A DNA stretch of 64,000 nucleotides from Chiloscyllium plagiosum. Taxonomy: Eukaryota. Location: NCBI RefSeq assembly GCF_004010195.1, contig NC_057720.1, positions 31,146,150 to 31,210,149 on the forward strand, given 5' to 3'. The notes below the pieces were generated by a model. It made no database searches, was not told where the DNA came from, and was given only the letters and a program-made list of their open reading frames with translations. Positions 24,160 to 36,830 of the stretch are shown in pieces (within the stretch, counting starts at the first letter, position 1; every line of letters starts with the position of its first letter). The translations under genes and the position numbers were made by a program.

Positions 24160-24300
24160 TATGGGTACATTTACAGAAAAGGGACTGCTGTGATTCAAGA
24201 AGTCAGCTCATCACCACCATCTCAAGGGCAACTGGCGGTGGGCAATAAATCTTGGCCCAGCAAACAGTGCCCAAATCTCATGAACGAATGAAAGAAAAGA
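24160..24300 (+). mobile_element. Family-B LINE 3' tail
   Basis: gggactgctgtgattcaagaagtcagctcatcaccaccatctcaagggcaact..gggcaataaat. Confidence 0.75.
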
Positions 24301-24479
24301 AAACACACAGTTGCATAACTGATAAGTTCAAAATCACATGAGAAATCTCATCCCTGGCTTTGCTGTATAGGATGTCTTTCACTCACCACTACACATTAAC
24401 AGCATGTGGGAAAATTCAGCTCGAGAAATTTGCTTGGATTAATTTGGTAAAAAGGCTTTTGTTTCGTGATTCCCATTTA

Positions 24480-24710
24480 CAGGGCAAATGTTGAGGGAAT
24501 GCTTCCCCTTGTGAGGTAATCAAGGAACTAGGAACTGAGGACAAGTTTTTCTCTCAGAATATCATTAACCTTTGGAGTTCTTTACCCAAGAAGCAGGAGA
24601 GGCTGAGTCATTGAGGGGAATGGGAGTGAGACATCAGGTTAACCATGATCTTATTGATTGGTGGAGCAGGCTTGAGAGGCTGAATGGCCTACCTTGCTCT
24701 TTTTTCTTAC
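24480..24710 (+). mobile_element. CR1 LINE 3' end
   Basis: ttttttctctcagaat..aaccatgatcttattgattggtggagcaggcttgagaggctgaatggcctac. Confidence 0.75.
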
Positions 24711-25069
24711 AGATTGCCAAAGTAGTGTAAAATCTAAAACAAAAATCCATGCATTTGCGTTTCAATCCAATTTTGAACTATAATTCTTAAAATATAATTT
24801 CACTTTGTTGAAATATGTATCTTGAGTTAAGCCTAACTATCACCAAATTGCTCCTACCTCTGCTGTTGTATCCTTCGCTACTACCTTATCACCATTGCTA
24901 CTGAAACTGCCATCTGCACTTCTGCTATCTGCAGATTCAACTGCTTATTACACTTTTCTGTCTAATTTCCCAAGCCACAGACAACACAAATGTCAATTCA
25001 TCCAAAGTTTCATTTGAGTATGATACCCAATGCCAATCCCACCTGCCTGTTGACCTTGATGTAATTGAT

Positions 25070-25265
25070 TTCAGAACCAGATGGGTTTGTGATAACAACC
25101 AACAGTGGTTACATTACACAATTCGGCCAGCTCATTATTCCAGATTTTTATTCAGTTCAAATTTCATTCTCTGGCCGAGAGGGATTTGAACCCATGTGCC
25201 CAGAGCATTGGCAGAGGATGCTGGATTATTAGTACAGTGAAATCATCACTATACCACTGCCACCC
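25070..25265 (-). mobile_element. SINE 5' part (60720 family)
   Basis: gaaccagatgggtttgtgataaca..ttccagatttttatt..gggatttgaacccatgtgcccagagcatt (antisense B box). Confidence 0.7.
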
Positions 25266-26884
25266 TGCTCTCCTCTGAAACGTTTTCATCTTGTTGCATC
25301 TGTGCCCAACTTTAAAAATCTCCTCAAAACCCATTTCTTTTACCACTTCTTGAATCACCTCACCTAATCCTTTTCCTAAATACTCCTTGACGTTCATTTC
25401 TCTCTGCTCTAAAATAAAGTTGGAAATATTATCACATTAAAGGCAATATTAAAATGAAAATCGTTGTCATAATTGGGTACTATTAAACAAATGACTCTGA
25501 TCATCATTCAGAAACTGAAACACTTGTATCAGAATGAGATTTATCTTACTTTGCTTATGATCTGAATCTCATTGATTCTACATTTTAACTTACATGCAGT
25601 AACCTTTATCCTGCTGGATAAATAGAAAGCTGAGGCTTCTAAGCACACAGAATGCTGACTGATGCTTAATCCCGTCCCTAGCAAATAAACAGGAAGCCTA
25701 GTCATTATACAACAAACACAGTGAATGGTATATAAAGTTTGACTCTACTGAATGGTTAAGACCTGGAATTAGTTAAGTAAAAGATATGTAGCTGACCCTT
25801 TACTCTTTTCCTTACTTAATAAGGAGGAACATAGTTTGCAGAATAAATACAGTGACTCATGTTTAACTTTTACCCTTCAGAATAAATGGGGACTTTCTAG
25901 AGTTAGTATAAGTAATGCTGTAAATTGTGCATTCATACAGACCTAGTAATGCAGGAAGTTCATATAATATCACAATAAAGGTGTTAAGACATGAATTATC
26001 TTATATCGAGGTATATCCAATAATATTGCAAATATATTAGTTAAAGGAGCAAGAAATATTTAAAAGGGCCAAAATATTATGCATTATAAATTGATTTTTT
26101 TGCCAATTAAATTAGAAATGAGAGACACACAGCACTTTGTGCTTGGAGGAAGAAGGATAAAGTTGTTTTTCAGTCAATACCGATTTCCATTTCAAATTTG
26201 TTCCAGAGAAAATCTAAACTTGAAACTATGAAGAGTAAATGCGTCTACTTTATTCCTCTGGCTGTTAATAAAACAAAAAACAAATTAGTTGAAAAATCCA
26301 TAATGATGTGAAGAGAGTATTTGAGAAAAGTCCAGTCTGAAGTGAACAAAGTGTATGAGGGAAATAAGTAATGAAAATAAGATGTGAAGATGTGAGGATG
26401 TCTTTAAGAACTGCAAAACTATTGGGTCTGGTTTTCAGTCATGTACTGTGCCTTTTTTTCTCTGTACCATGTATTGAGTGGATCAAAAATTTCTTTTTAA
26501 ATCTTGGTACCAACACTCTACCCGAGGCCTGCCTGAGGTAACTTTTGGGTAGGCTTCAATCTAGACAGTGAAATGGCCTTTCCTGAAACTGATAGGAGTC
26601 CCAATAAGCTATATCCAAAATGGGAGATGACAGAGAGTAATTGCTATTTTTCACTAAAATGTAGCAAAATATATGCAGGAATTACATCTTGTGTCATGTT
26701 TTGATTTTCATAGTGAGCTCAGCTCCCATCTTAGAAAGAAGGCCCACAGTTGATGGAGATGTTTTACTCTACTGTGTTCTGCACTTTTTTCCTTATTTAT
26801 AATCATTGGAAATTTGAGACCTATATATCTTTCCAGGTGAATTGGCTTCAGACTCTTGCTGAAGCAGCCTATGTTTTTATTGAG

Positions 26885-27471
26885 GTAAAAACAATGACTT
26901 GCAGATGCTGGAAACCAGATTCTGGATCAGTGGTGCTGGAAGAGCACAGCAATTCAGGCAGCATCCGACGAGCAGCAAAATCGACGTTTCGGGCAAAAGC
27001 CCTTCATCAGGAATAAAAGCAGAGAGCCTGAAGCATGGAGAGATAAGCTAGAGGAGGGTGGGGGTGGGGAGAAAGTAGCATATAGCATCTGCAGTCATTG
27101 TTTTTACCTCGCATAGAGTACAATAGGTGTCATGACATGGTTGAAGAGCTTCAGGGCAGAGGAAATGTCCTGGGAGTTGCAGTGGGAGAGGGACTCCCTG
27201 AGATTCTTGTAGAGAGAGGAGGAAAACTTCTTCAAGGCAGGCATCCTTGCAAGAGGATTCGCAGTAGGGTTAAAATCAACGAGGTAAAAACAATGACTGC
27301 AGATGCTATATGCTACTTTCTCCCCACCCCCACCCTCCTCTAGCTTATCTCTCCATGCTTCAGGCTCTCTGCCTTTATTCCTGATGAAGGGCTTTTGCCC
27401 AAAACGTCGATTTTGCTGCTCGTCGGATGCTGCCTGAATTGCTGTGCTCTTCCAGCACCACTGATCCAGAA
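26885..27471. mobile_element. Young composite fold-back Penelope-like insertion with 15-bp TSD
   Basis: Arms 26919-27111 and 27280-27472 (about 193 bp, 2 mismatches seen), 168-bp spacer; TSD tatgtttttattgag at 26870-26884 and 27472-27486. Confidence 0.92.
26979..27014 (-). ncRNA. Minimal type I hammerhead ribozyme motif
   Basis: Minus strand AUUC-CUGAUGA-A-GGGC-UUUU-GCCC-GAAA-C-GUC-GAUU; the loop differs from the 13895 copy while stem II and the core are retained. Confidence 0.75.
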
Positions 27472-28099
27472 TATGTTTTTATTGAGCTGAATCATATTGC
27501 TCTGTGTATACTTAGATAATACTAAAGGATGTGATCATTGTATCCATTTGCATTTTGTCCAGGCATTCATGTGTTTTGCACAGCTTTGTTCAATTTCACT
27601 GAAGCCAGTTGGTCATTTAATTGTTTTCCTTCATAAGATCTGTCTGTTCTCTGGAAATATCAGCATTTGTTGTCCATAACTAATTATCTTTAAAGGTAGT
27701 AGTGAGGCACATTCCTAAATACAGTATGGCCATCATTGGAGAGGTGAATGAACTCTGTGCTGGGCAAGAAATGCAGAACAAACACCACATTACTACAGGA
27801 GGAATAAAATTCTAAATCTGCCATATCTCACATAACTGTAACAGTTAATGCAATGAACTGGTCATATCAAAGATTATTCCAACAGTAAACCAGTGTGCTC
27901 AGTTTCCTATAGCAACTATTAACAGAGGAACCATTTGAACTGATACAGACAGGCTGTGTTCATGACAACTTTGTTTTATTGCATTCTGCAACTTACATCG
28001 AACCTCCTGAACTTCTACCACCGTTTGTGTAAGTGAGAGGGACAGGGTAGTGCCAAGCTTTTCAGTTATAATTTCAATTAAATTCTCCTGACATGGGCA

Positions 28100-28900
28100 A
28101 GAATTAGATGAATACATCTTTGAAGGTTATAGAGTTGAAGAACATTATGAAAATAGGGAGGAACGAGGCCAATGGGAAGATTTTGAAAACAGCAGTGAGA
28201 ATGTTAAAATTGAGGCATTACTTATTTGGGACCCAGTGTAGAAAAGCAAGCACAGGGGTAATAGGAGAACCATATTTTATGCAAGTTAGGATATAGGAAT
28301 AGCGTCTTGGGTGATATCAAGTTAACAGATAGTACAGTGTGAAATTAGCCAACAGCATGTTATGATAGTCAGATGTAGATGAAATAAAGGTGCAAGTAGG
28401 CGTTTTCAGCAGTAAAAGAGCTGAGGCTGGAGTGCAGATGCAGTGATCTGACAGCAGTGAAGTTAGATGGTCTTAGTGAGGCTTGGGTGGTCTTAGGTGT
28501 ATGGTTGAAAGCTCATCTCAGCATCAAAAATGACACTAAAGATACAGATAGTCTGGTTCAGCCCTAGCCTGTTACCAGGGATAAAGATGGTGTCAAGGAA
28601 TCAGAGTTCATGGCAGGGACTGAAAGCAATGATTTCAGTATTCCCAGTATTTAATAAGAAGCCATTTCTGCTCCTCCAGTGCTAGCTATCATATAAGCTG
28701 TGTGCCAATTGAGAGACAGTGAGGAGTTAGGGGAGGTGCCATTGGAGCAAAGTACATGAGTTGATGTAGATGTGGAAACTGATGTCATGCTTTTGGATAT
28801 CACCATGGGATTGCATCCGGATGAAAACAAGTAAAAACTCATAAGGATTGATTCTTGGCAGACACCAGAGGTAGAAAGGCAATAATTGTTTCAAGATATC
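28100..28900 (-). mobile_element. Decayed L2-type LINE fragment
   Basis: ggaagattttgaaaacagcagtgagaatgttaaaattgagg..ccagtgtagaaaagcaagcacagg (antisense L..LHW..RF.IL.L.FK region); tagatgtggaaactga. Confidence 0.6.
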
Positions 28901-29869
28901 TTCAGATTGTTATCCAAGCAGCAGGTGACATGTTGATATTAGAATCAGTCCAGGGTAGAGTGTTGATGCTACCCTCCCTGGGATTATAGTGCCATTGACT
29001 GCAACCACAAAACAGCAATGTTTGATTTTATTCATTCTCAATTTATGAAAATCCACACCATTTGCACCCATCACTAAATATTTGCGCCTATGAATAATTA
29101 ATAAGTTTCTGGGGAGAGCCTTTCTGTCCATCGCATAAAGGAATCATCGATTCCCTACTGCTTCCAGGAAAAATAAGAAGGCAAATTGAATGATTGGCTC
29201 CTCAAAATATGGGGTTGCTCTCTCAAAACATGGCCCATGACATTGCTACAAAATATTCATGTTTCCCAACAAAAAAGCATGCAGTGCAAAACTCTAGGGA
29301 AACAAGAGCATCATTGAGCAAACAACTGATGTACTCAAACAATGCTTGAGCTGTTTGCATCACTGTGGGAACGTTCTACAATAAAGTCCTGAAAAGATTG
29401 GCTGAATGCTCGGGTGGTGTGTTACATACTGTACAATATAACCATTAGAAAGGCGAACAAGTGTTGTTTCCCAGATCCTACGTGTTACAGTTCTGACAAG
29501 TGGTTACAACAGACGTGCTAACACGTTCTTGCTCTTGACAGATTCTATTTGGATATGCTGTTATGTTACTTTCATTCCTCTGCAGCACCATTAAAGCAGA
29601 AACTATTAACTTCATATATTGACAGTGATGTGTTGTGAATTTGTTGAAAATAATAGCATAGGTATTGTGGAAATGTGCTTCTTGGCTTTTCTCTTGTACA
29701 ATTTTTTTCGTATCTGTGGTATTCTTGCTCGAGTTCAACTTCATGATGCCCACTGAATGTTCTGCATGCCAGCCAGTTGTTAAGTGGCTGTAGATGGGAG
29801 ATGTGCATCAAGACCCCGTGGCATCTCCATTGGCTCACTCTCTGAAGGAACTGCCTGGGAACTTGAATG

Positions 29870-30900
29870 TTCCACTGGGATTTCCACTACATCTCAACCC
29901 TACAAAAGTCTTCATAACAATTAGAGAATTAAGATGGTTCAGATGAAATGAAGTGAAATATTTACTTAGGAAAGGTTACACTGTTAAATACATTGTCAAA
30001 CTCCTAAGTAACTATTAAACAGACCCCACACTTAGCTTACTCACATCTTCCAGATTCCTTACACACCTCAGATTCTGACCCAACAATCCTTGGGGAGCCA
30101 ATAACTACAGCCCTCCCGCCAGTACCAACTCCAATCCACACCAGAACTCCTCCCTGTCAAATCGATGCCCTCTTCCTTCCCCACACCCCCTACCCAGACC
30201 CAACTCAACACCCTGCGCCCCCTCACCAGCCCCGTGCTGCTGTCACTTCTTCCCTGCTGCCCGGCTACCAGACCTGACCATTCATTCCCTTCTGCCTGAT
30301 GGACTGGAGTTGATCTGGATCCCCTCTTCCTCTGCACCCAACCCAAAATCCCCACAGCCAAACCTAAAACACAGCACCCACCTACCCCCAGACCCGACAT
30401 CTACTCTGCCCACCTCCCAATTTCTCCAGCCCACCCCAACTTTCTAGAAACACTTACCTGACTCTTGCATCCCTAAGTGACACCCTACCCACTTGGCACC
30501 CTACTCGCCAGGCAACTACACCCCAGACCCATCTGGCACCTAATCCTCCCAACACACTATCAGACGCTTACTTTATGTACAGATGGTTTGCCCACAGCTC
30601 TCAAAATAGCTGTCTGGACCTTGAAATGTCAGAATGCAGCAGCAGAATGCAATGAAAGGATGGTGTGGTTTGCCTCCTTCTGATAGCTCGACACCACGAA
30701 AGGACTGGAAGAATAGAAGTACAGTTCTGGATTTGTGAATGAGCACTGAACAGAATCTCATCTCAGAAATACAGAACTGCCTTCTTTCATAAAATAAGGC
30801 ACGGGTGGCGATCTGCATGAGGTTGCAAATGACGTTGTGAATCAGCGCATCATTTCATTCAGTGTGTAGCAGACCCAAGTGCTGTCTGTCACGAGCAATC
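29870..30900. repeat. Unclassified old element with C-rich low-complexity centre
   Basis: C-rich 30080-30560; acttagc..tcttccagat motif shared in reverse orientation with the G-rich element at 39500-40430. Confidence 0.4.
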
Positions 30901-31042
30901 GGACCTATTCATCCATTGCCTTTTTTTCGTGTTAGCTGTCTCACGCTGTAGACAAGGGAAGGTCAGTGACCCAAGAAGCAGTACTGGTTTAGCATTTCTG
31001 GCCTTCAGTCCGAGAATAGTCAGATCAGAAATGATTCTATGG

Positions 31043-31130
31043 TCGATAGTGTGGTGCTGGAAAAGCACAGCAGGTTAGACAGCATCTGAGGAGCGGGAGA
31101 ATCAACGTTTCAGGCATAAGCCCTTCATCA
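31043..31130 (-). mobile_element. Penelope-like terminal-repeat fragment
   Basis: gtgtggtgctggaaaagcacagcagg..gaatcaacgtttcaggcataagcccttcatca, flanked by atgattctatgg (31031-31042 and 31138-31149). Confidence 0.85.
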
Positions 31131-31204
31131 TGATTCCATGATTCTATGGACCCATTCTTCTATTTGCTCACCACTGCAGAATTTTGTATTTGCCACTTTA
31201 CTTT

Positions 31205-31525
31205 ATTCTTTCAGGGGAGATGGGTGTTGCTGGCAAGTCCAAGATTTGTTGCCCATCCCCTTGAACTGAATGGCTTACTGGGCCATTTCAACAGACAGTT
31301 AAGAGTCAACCACATTATTGTCAATCTGGAGTAAGAACAGGCCAAGCCAGATATCCCTCGCAAAAGAATATTAGTTTTTACAAGAACCTATGCAAGTTTC
31401 ATTACTGACTTTAGCTTTCAATTCCAATGTTTTTGTCATTAATCAATTTTAAGTTCTATCATGTGCCAACATGTCCCTAGCATTGATATGTGGATTACTA
31501 GTCCCATTACACCTCTGTCTCCCCC
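31205..31525 (-). mobile_element. SINE (60720 family)
   Basis: gggtgttgctggcaagtcc..ttgcccatcccc..ggccatttca..cagttaagagtcaaccacatt. Confidence 0.75.
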
Positions 31526-32559
31526 AGGAAGGCTCCAGATATAAGGGCAGACAATGTGCTAATCTTTTTCTTTGAGGGAAGCCATTTGTAGTGTGAACAT
31601 TGGAGCCCTATAACACACATAGGGCCCTAATTGTGATTTTGAGGTATACACAGGAGAAAAATGAAAAAAAACCCCAAAGAACAAGTTTTTAATTTAACAT
31701 TTAGAGGCTAGGGAACAATTAGGTGCTCTTTCAGGCCTCATAGAGCAACATGGCCCTTTACTGACTGCCCAGTTCGAACCAGGCTTGGACTGTCAGCTGG
31801 CTCCATTTTGATGCTGGACATTACGAGCAAGCCCCTAATCCATCTTCCATCAAACACGCACCATCACCAATCCCCCACAACAGTCAGTCTGCCTCAAGGG
31901 AACAGTTCGGTACATGTGGAGCTTGTCAGCTGCATGCAAATGAGACCCAGGCCTCAAAACAGCTTGAAGTAACTTGTTTACAGAAGCTTGACCGAGTGAA
32001 TTCATTCCCAGCTACACTTGTGAGTCATTATAATCAGTCATCAATTGTACTCAAATACAGCAGTCCAGGTTTTCCTTTTTTTCATTCTACTATACTGGTC
32101 CTCAAGCATATTTATTACTTGTGTACATTGCCAGTATTTCACTGGGTCAATCAGTATTAAGTAAAAGGACATACTCAAAATCTCACCTGACCTGTGTAAC
32201 ATGGTGCCATGTGTCTATGGCATTGTTCATGAAAAGCAGGCAACATATGCCCTTACCAATTCTAAATAGCCAATATGAATGAATAGTCAGCAGTTGGCAT
32301 GTATTGATAGACTCTGAGTACATTTCTAACAATGTCCTTCTGGAGATAACACTTTGGTGTGTAAAATCAAGCAGGCAACAGGAGGTCCGAGCTCTCCACT
32401 TTTTGTCTTTGATTTTAATTGACATGGTACCTCAGGCTTGAGCAGAACTTTTTATTTATTAAAATCAGATTCCAAATTGGGTTTCACCACCTTGGGCTCA
32501 GCTCAGTACGCAACATAGCACCAATCTACATAAAATCAGCATCCTGCTTATGTGAGCAT

Positions 32560-33905
32560 TTTTTTCATTCATTAATGGAACATGGGAATCATCGGCTGAC
32601 CCAGCATTTACTTTGCACGGTTAATTGTCCTCAAGAAGGGATGGTGAGCTGCCTTCATGAACTACTGCAAGCCTTGGAGGTGTAAGGATACCCACAGTTC
32701 TGTTAGCAAGGGAGTTTGAAGATCTTCATGCCATGACAGTGAAGAAATGGTGATACAGTTCCAAATCAGGATGGTGTGTGCCTTAAAGGAGAAATGTGCA
32801 GGTGATAGTGTTGCCAATTCTCTGCTGTCCTCATCCTTCCAGAGGTCATAGGTTTGGAAGGTGCTGTCAGAGGATCTTGCATGAATTTCTGCTGAACATT
32901 TTGAAATTGATACACAATGTTGCTTCTGTGTGTCAGCAGTAGAGGGAGTGAATATTGAAAATGATCATTGGGGTGGCAATCATACAGGCTGTTTTGTCCT
33001 AAATGGTGTAGACCTTCTTGAGTATTGTTGGAATTGCATCCATCCTGGCATGTGAGGACTATTCCATCAATCCTTGTAGATAGTGGCCAGGCACTGGGAA
33101 GCAGAAAGCGAGTTACACACTGCAAAATTTCTAGCCTCTGACCTGATCTTTTAACCATAAGGGTTTATATAATTGGCTGGCACATAGATAGTGCAAATTC
33201 TACTTGCCAGTTATCTTCCCAAGACTGGATGTTGTCCAAGTCTTGCTCCAAATAGACACAGACATCTTCAGTATCTGAGGAGTGGTGAATGGAACAGATA
33301 AAGATATTTGGGACTAGGATACTCCCCTGATGAACTCTTGCAGACATATTCTGAGCTGGGATGATTGGCCTCCAACAACCATAAACCTAACACAACCAGC
33401 AGAGACTTTTCCCCATGATTTCCATTGACTCCAGTTTTTCCCAGGGATCCTTTGAAGCCACACTCAGTTAATATTGCTTTATTTCAGAGCAGTCGCCTCA
33501 TTTCTGGAATTCAGCTCTTTTGTCCATGTTTGGACTAAGGTTATAATGTAATCAGGAGCTTAGTGAACCTAAACTCATGTCAGTGAGCAGTTTATTGCTG
33601 GGAACTTTGTTAGACAGCACTGTTTCTGATCGCTTCCACCACTTTGCTGATTATGGAGAGTAATTGCTGATAGGTGGCAATTGGCCAGCTTGGATTTGTC
33701 CTTTTTGTGGACAGGATGCTATCTGTCAATTTTCCACATTGCTGAGTGGATACCAGTATTGTAGCTGCACTGGCATGTGTTGGCAAGGGGCATGGCTAGT
33801 TGTGGAGCAGTTGCCTACAGTACTACTGTTGGAATGTTGTCAAGGCACATAGATTTTGCAGTGTCCAGTATCTTCAGTTGTTTCTTGACATCACGTCGAG
33901 TTATG
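32560..33905 (-). mobile_element. Family-B LINE, RT to 3' end
   Basis: ORF 33165-33347 ARVHQGSILVPNIF..LEQDLDNIQSWEDNWQVEF..CQ; ORF 32766-33158 RSGQRLEILQ; antisense tail at 32565-32700. Confidence 0.85.
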
Positions 33906-34094
33906 TTTCTGAAAAAGGGTATTTGTTGGAGTCAGAAGTACTTGATATTGCAGTAGTAACATTTTCTTGAGATTTCCTTCACAAATTAGTTGGTTGGCTA
34001 GTGGCCTTCTACTAATATACTTGATTTCACAGTTTTTCACTTCAGTTCTCCTGCTTGATATTACAGATTGTTTCAGGTGAAACTTCCTTTTTAA

Positions 34095-34300
34095 TAGCTC
34101 CCATAACTCAGTTGACTGGATGGCTGGTCTTTGCACTACAGAGTAAGGCTACCAGTGTAGGTTCAATCCCTGCACTGGCTGACAATGAAGGTCTCTCCTT
34201 CTTGACCTCTCCCCTCACCTGAGACATGATGACCCTCAGGTTAAACCACCTCCAGCACCTCTGCCTCATAAGAGAATAGGACAATTGAAACTTTATCTTT
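34095..34300 (+). mobile_element. tRNA-derived SINE
   Basis: A-box-like taactcagttgactgg, B box ggttcaatccc, body cctcacctgagacatgatgaccctcaggttaaaccacc. Confidence 0.7.
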
Positions 34301-34479
34301 AGACATGTTTCCTCAATCTGTAAAATTTGAAATATTTATCCTTGTATTTAAACCCTGTAATGGTCATGCTTCTCCCTGTATTTATTGCCTTCCCCAGTAC
34401 AACACTCACTTTTACCTACCATAGAACTTTCCATTCAACTAGCATCCTATGTCTCTTGTTTATTTTTTTCCCTGTTACT

Positions 34480-34690
34480 GGTAACCAGGAAGTTGGTCCC
34501 TAATCCTATAACTCTCTGTTGACCTTTGCCCTTTAAAGTTTTGCTTAAAATTTACCATTTTGATTGACATTTTGAGCATTTATTCTAATATCTCCTTGCG
34601 TGGCTTGGTATCCATTTACCCCCCTCACATTTCTGTGAACTACCTTGTGACATTTTCTGCATGAAAGGATATATAAAAATGCAAGTTAAT
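34480..34690 (+). mobile_element. L2-type 3' end
   Basis: ctgtgaactaccttgtgacattttctgcatgaaaggatatataaaaatgcaagtt tail. Confidence 0.55.
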
Positions 34691-35364
34691 GTCATCAACT
34701 CTTGGCCTACCATACTGTAGCAGAGTAGGTTGAAAGGCGTATGCAACATTATTTTGCTCTTTTATATAGCGTCATTGCATCCTGAAGTGGAGACTGAAAT
34801 GCTCCATCTATAAAAACCCACATCACTGCACACAGGGAAACAGAGTACAAGCAATAACAATTTGCACTTTTACAGCACCTTCATATAAAGAAATGTCACA
34901 GACCATTTTACAAGGGACACTGAGCTGGACGAATTTAAGTAGAGGCGATTCCACATCAAGCTTTTATTTTCTTTTCAAAATCATCAAAGTGACGGGGGGG
35001 GGGAGCAAATTACTTTTTCTATAAATGTCATGGTTGGTCTGAGAGGCAAGAAAATAAATGACCCAAGAGGCAAGAAAATAAATTACACTCTTAACTTTTC
35101 ACTTTTGCTCATAGGTAACTGAATACAAAATGGTGCCTTTAGATAAAAATAGTGATTTTACTGGAAGTGAAGCTTCACTGCAGATTCAGCTACACTGAAT
35201 TTCCAAAACTGGGGCTGTTGTGAAGTGTCAAGAATCTACCCAACAGCTTTTAAGTAACATTGGTTCCTACATGTCTTGTAAACTATGTATGTATATATAC
35301 TGTATTTACTTCAAAAATAGACCTTGAGGTAATTTAATTCATGTGAAAAATCAATAAAATGTGT

Positions 35365-35700
35365 TAGCTACTAATTGCTAACAGATAGAAAAAGATGTGC
35401 ATTGTCTGCATCTGGAGCTTTGTAAAAATCAGCACGCTCATAAATTATCAAACAGCAGGAAATGCCTCCCTTTTTTTCCCCTCAAAGAGAACTTGAAACT
35501 TTTTCTCCCTTCCTGCACTTGCTTGCTAATGGCATGAATAAAATTTTTAATTAGTGAGGATCTCTGAAAGGCTCAGCCTCAATGACAAATTATTTACGGG
35601 ATCCTTTTATTCAACAGTTGACAGGGACTGGATTTAAAGGAAGCTTGATTATCAAAAAAGCTTGGGGCTACCTGAAGGTGAGAAAGCTAACCCTCCCCTG
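35365..35700. promoter_or_regulatory. Candidate conserved non-coding element
   Basis: Unique sequence with ctaattgc, cataaattatc, gctaatggc, ttaattag, tgacaaattatttacg and tgacag (TALE/HOX-type motifs). Confidence 0.4.
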
Positions 35701-36459
35701 GGCAGTGTTGCTGCTCTCATTTGAAGAGAAGGGAAGTATAATTATCCTTTGACAGTTGGTGATAAACTAGAAGAATGAACATATCATTTACATCACATGA
35801 CAGCAAAAAGAGCTATCTTCTTTGAGACCCAATAATCACAGAAGCAATGTTGACAGTCAGTTGATGAAGGATTAATACTTGTTTCCTTATACCACTGGAG
35901 AGCACAGGAGGAGTGAGTATGTTATCTCTTTGGGAGGATATTACTCCAGCTGTAGGTTGAAAAATGATTTAATGTACACTTTGGCCTTTGTAAACTCCTC
36001 GAATGGAAGCAGCAAAGTCTTTGACTAGAGGGTGACAGAATTCACAAAATGCCAAAGCTAATTAAAAGCCTAAACAAGGAACGTGAAATAATACCATGGC
36101 ACATCAAACACAATATTTTAAGTGATTTATTGCTGTCATTAAAATATTGCAAAATGTAATCTGAGACAATTTGGTTAAGCATTATTTTGTCCGTTCCCAC
36201 AGTGTGATTTCAGGATCTAAATTAGTAAAGATAGTTATGTCTGTCCAAACACAATTTTTGATATATCAGCCAACTATTCATTCTTGCTCCTGGTTCTAGA
36301 TAAAATGCAATACGCTACAGTTTTTTAATGTTATAATATTCTTCAATAAGTTTGATCCAAAGTGAAGAGAGAACACATGGATGGGTATTTGCTTGTTTTG
36401 CAGCTGTGATTGTGAGTAGAACTGCACTTAACACAAATATGCTGACAATCCAGAACCTT

Positions 36460-36830
36460 TATTGGCTCATGAGCTAACAAAGCAAGCTTTTACTGCCCAT
36501 TTTAATTGCCCTCCAGAATGTGGCAGCGAGCTGTCTTCTTGAATTCTTGCAGTTCTTGAGGTGTAGATACAGTCACAGTGCTGTCATGAAGGGAGGTTTC
36601 AGGAAATTGACCCAGTGACAATGAAGGAATGGTGATATATTTACAAGTTGAACGGTGTGTGGCCTGGAGAGGAGCGTCCGGATGTTTGTATTCAGCTGCC
36701 CGTGACCACCTGGATGGTACAGTTTACAGATTTGAGAGATATTGTTGAAGAAACATTGGTGAGTTGTTGCAATGCATGTAGGTTGTGGATGCAGCCATCA
36801 TGTGTCAAAGCAGAGGCCATTGAATGTTGA
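36460..36830 (-). mobile_element. Family-B LINE 3' end
   Basis: ttactgcccatttt..gtggcagcgagctgtcttcttgaattcttgcag..tgacccagtgacaatgaaggaatggtgatatattt. Confidence 0.75.

Noticed and set aside
26750..27343. ORFs of 88 and 81 aa
   Set aside because: Incidental frames across the Penelope-like insertion.
29478..29838. Possible second Gypsy remnant
   Set aside because: Only a faint LQRN motif; too degraded to support.
30068..30400. Gly/Trp/Val-rich 110-aa ORF
   Set aside because: Product of low-complexity G-rich sequence.
34095..34170. tRNA gene
   Set aside because: A and B boxes are present but no cloverleaf is evident, and it continues into a SINE body with a second copy at 19590.
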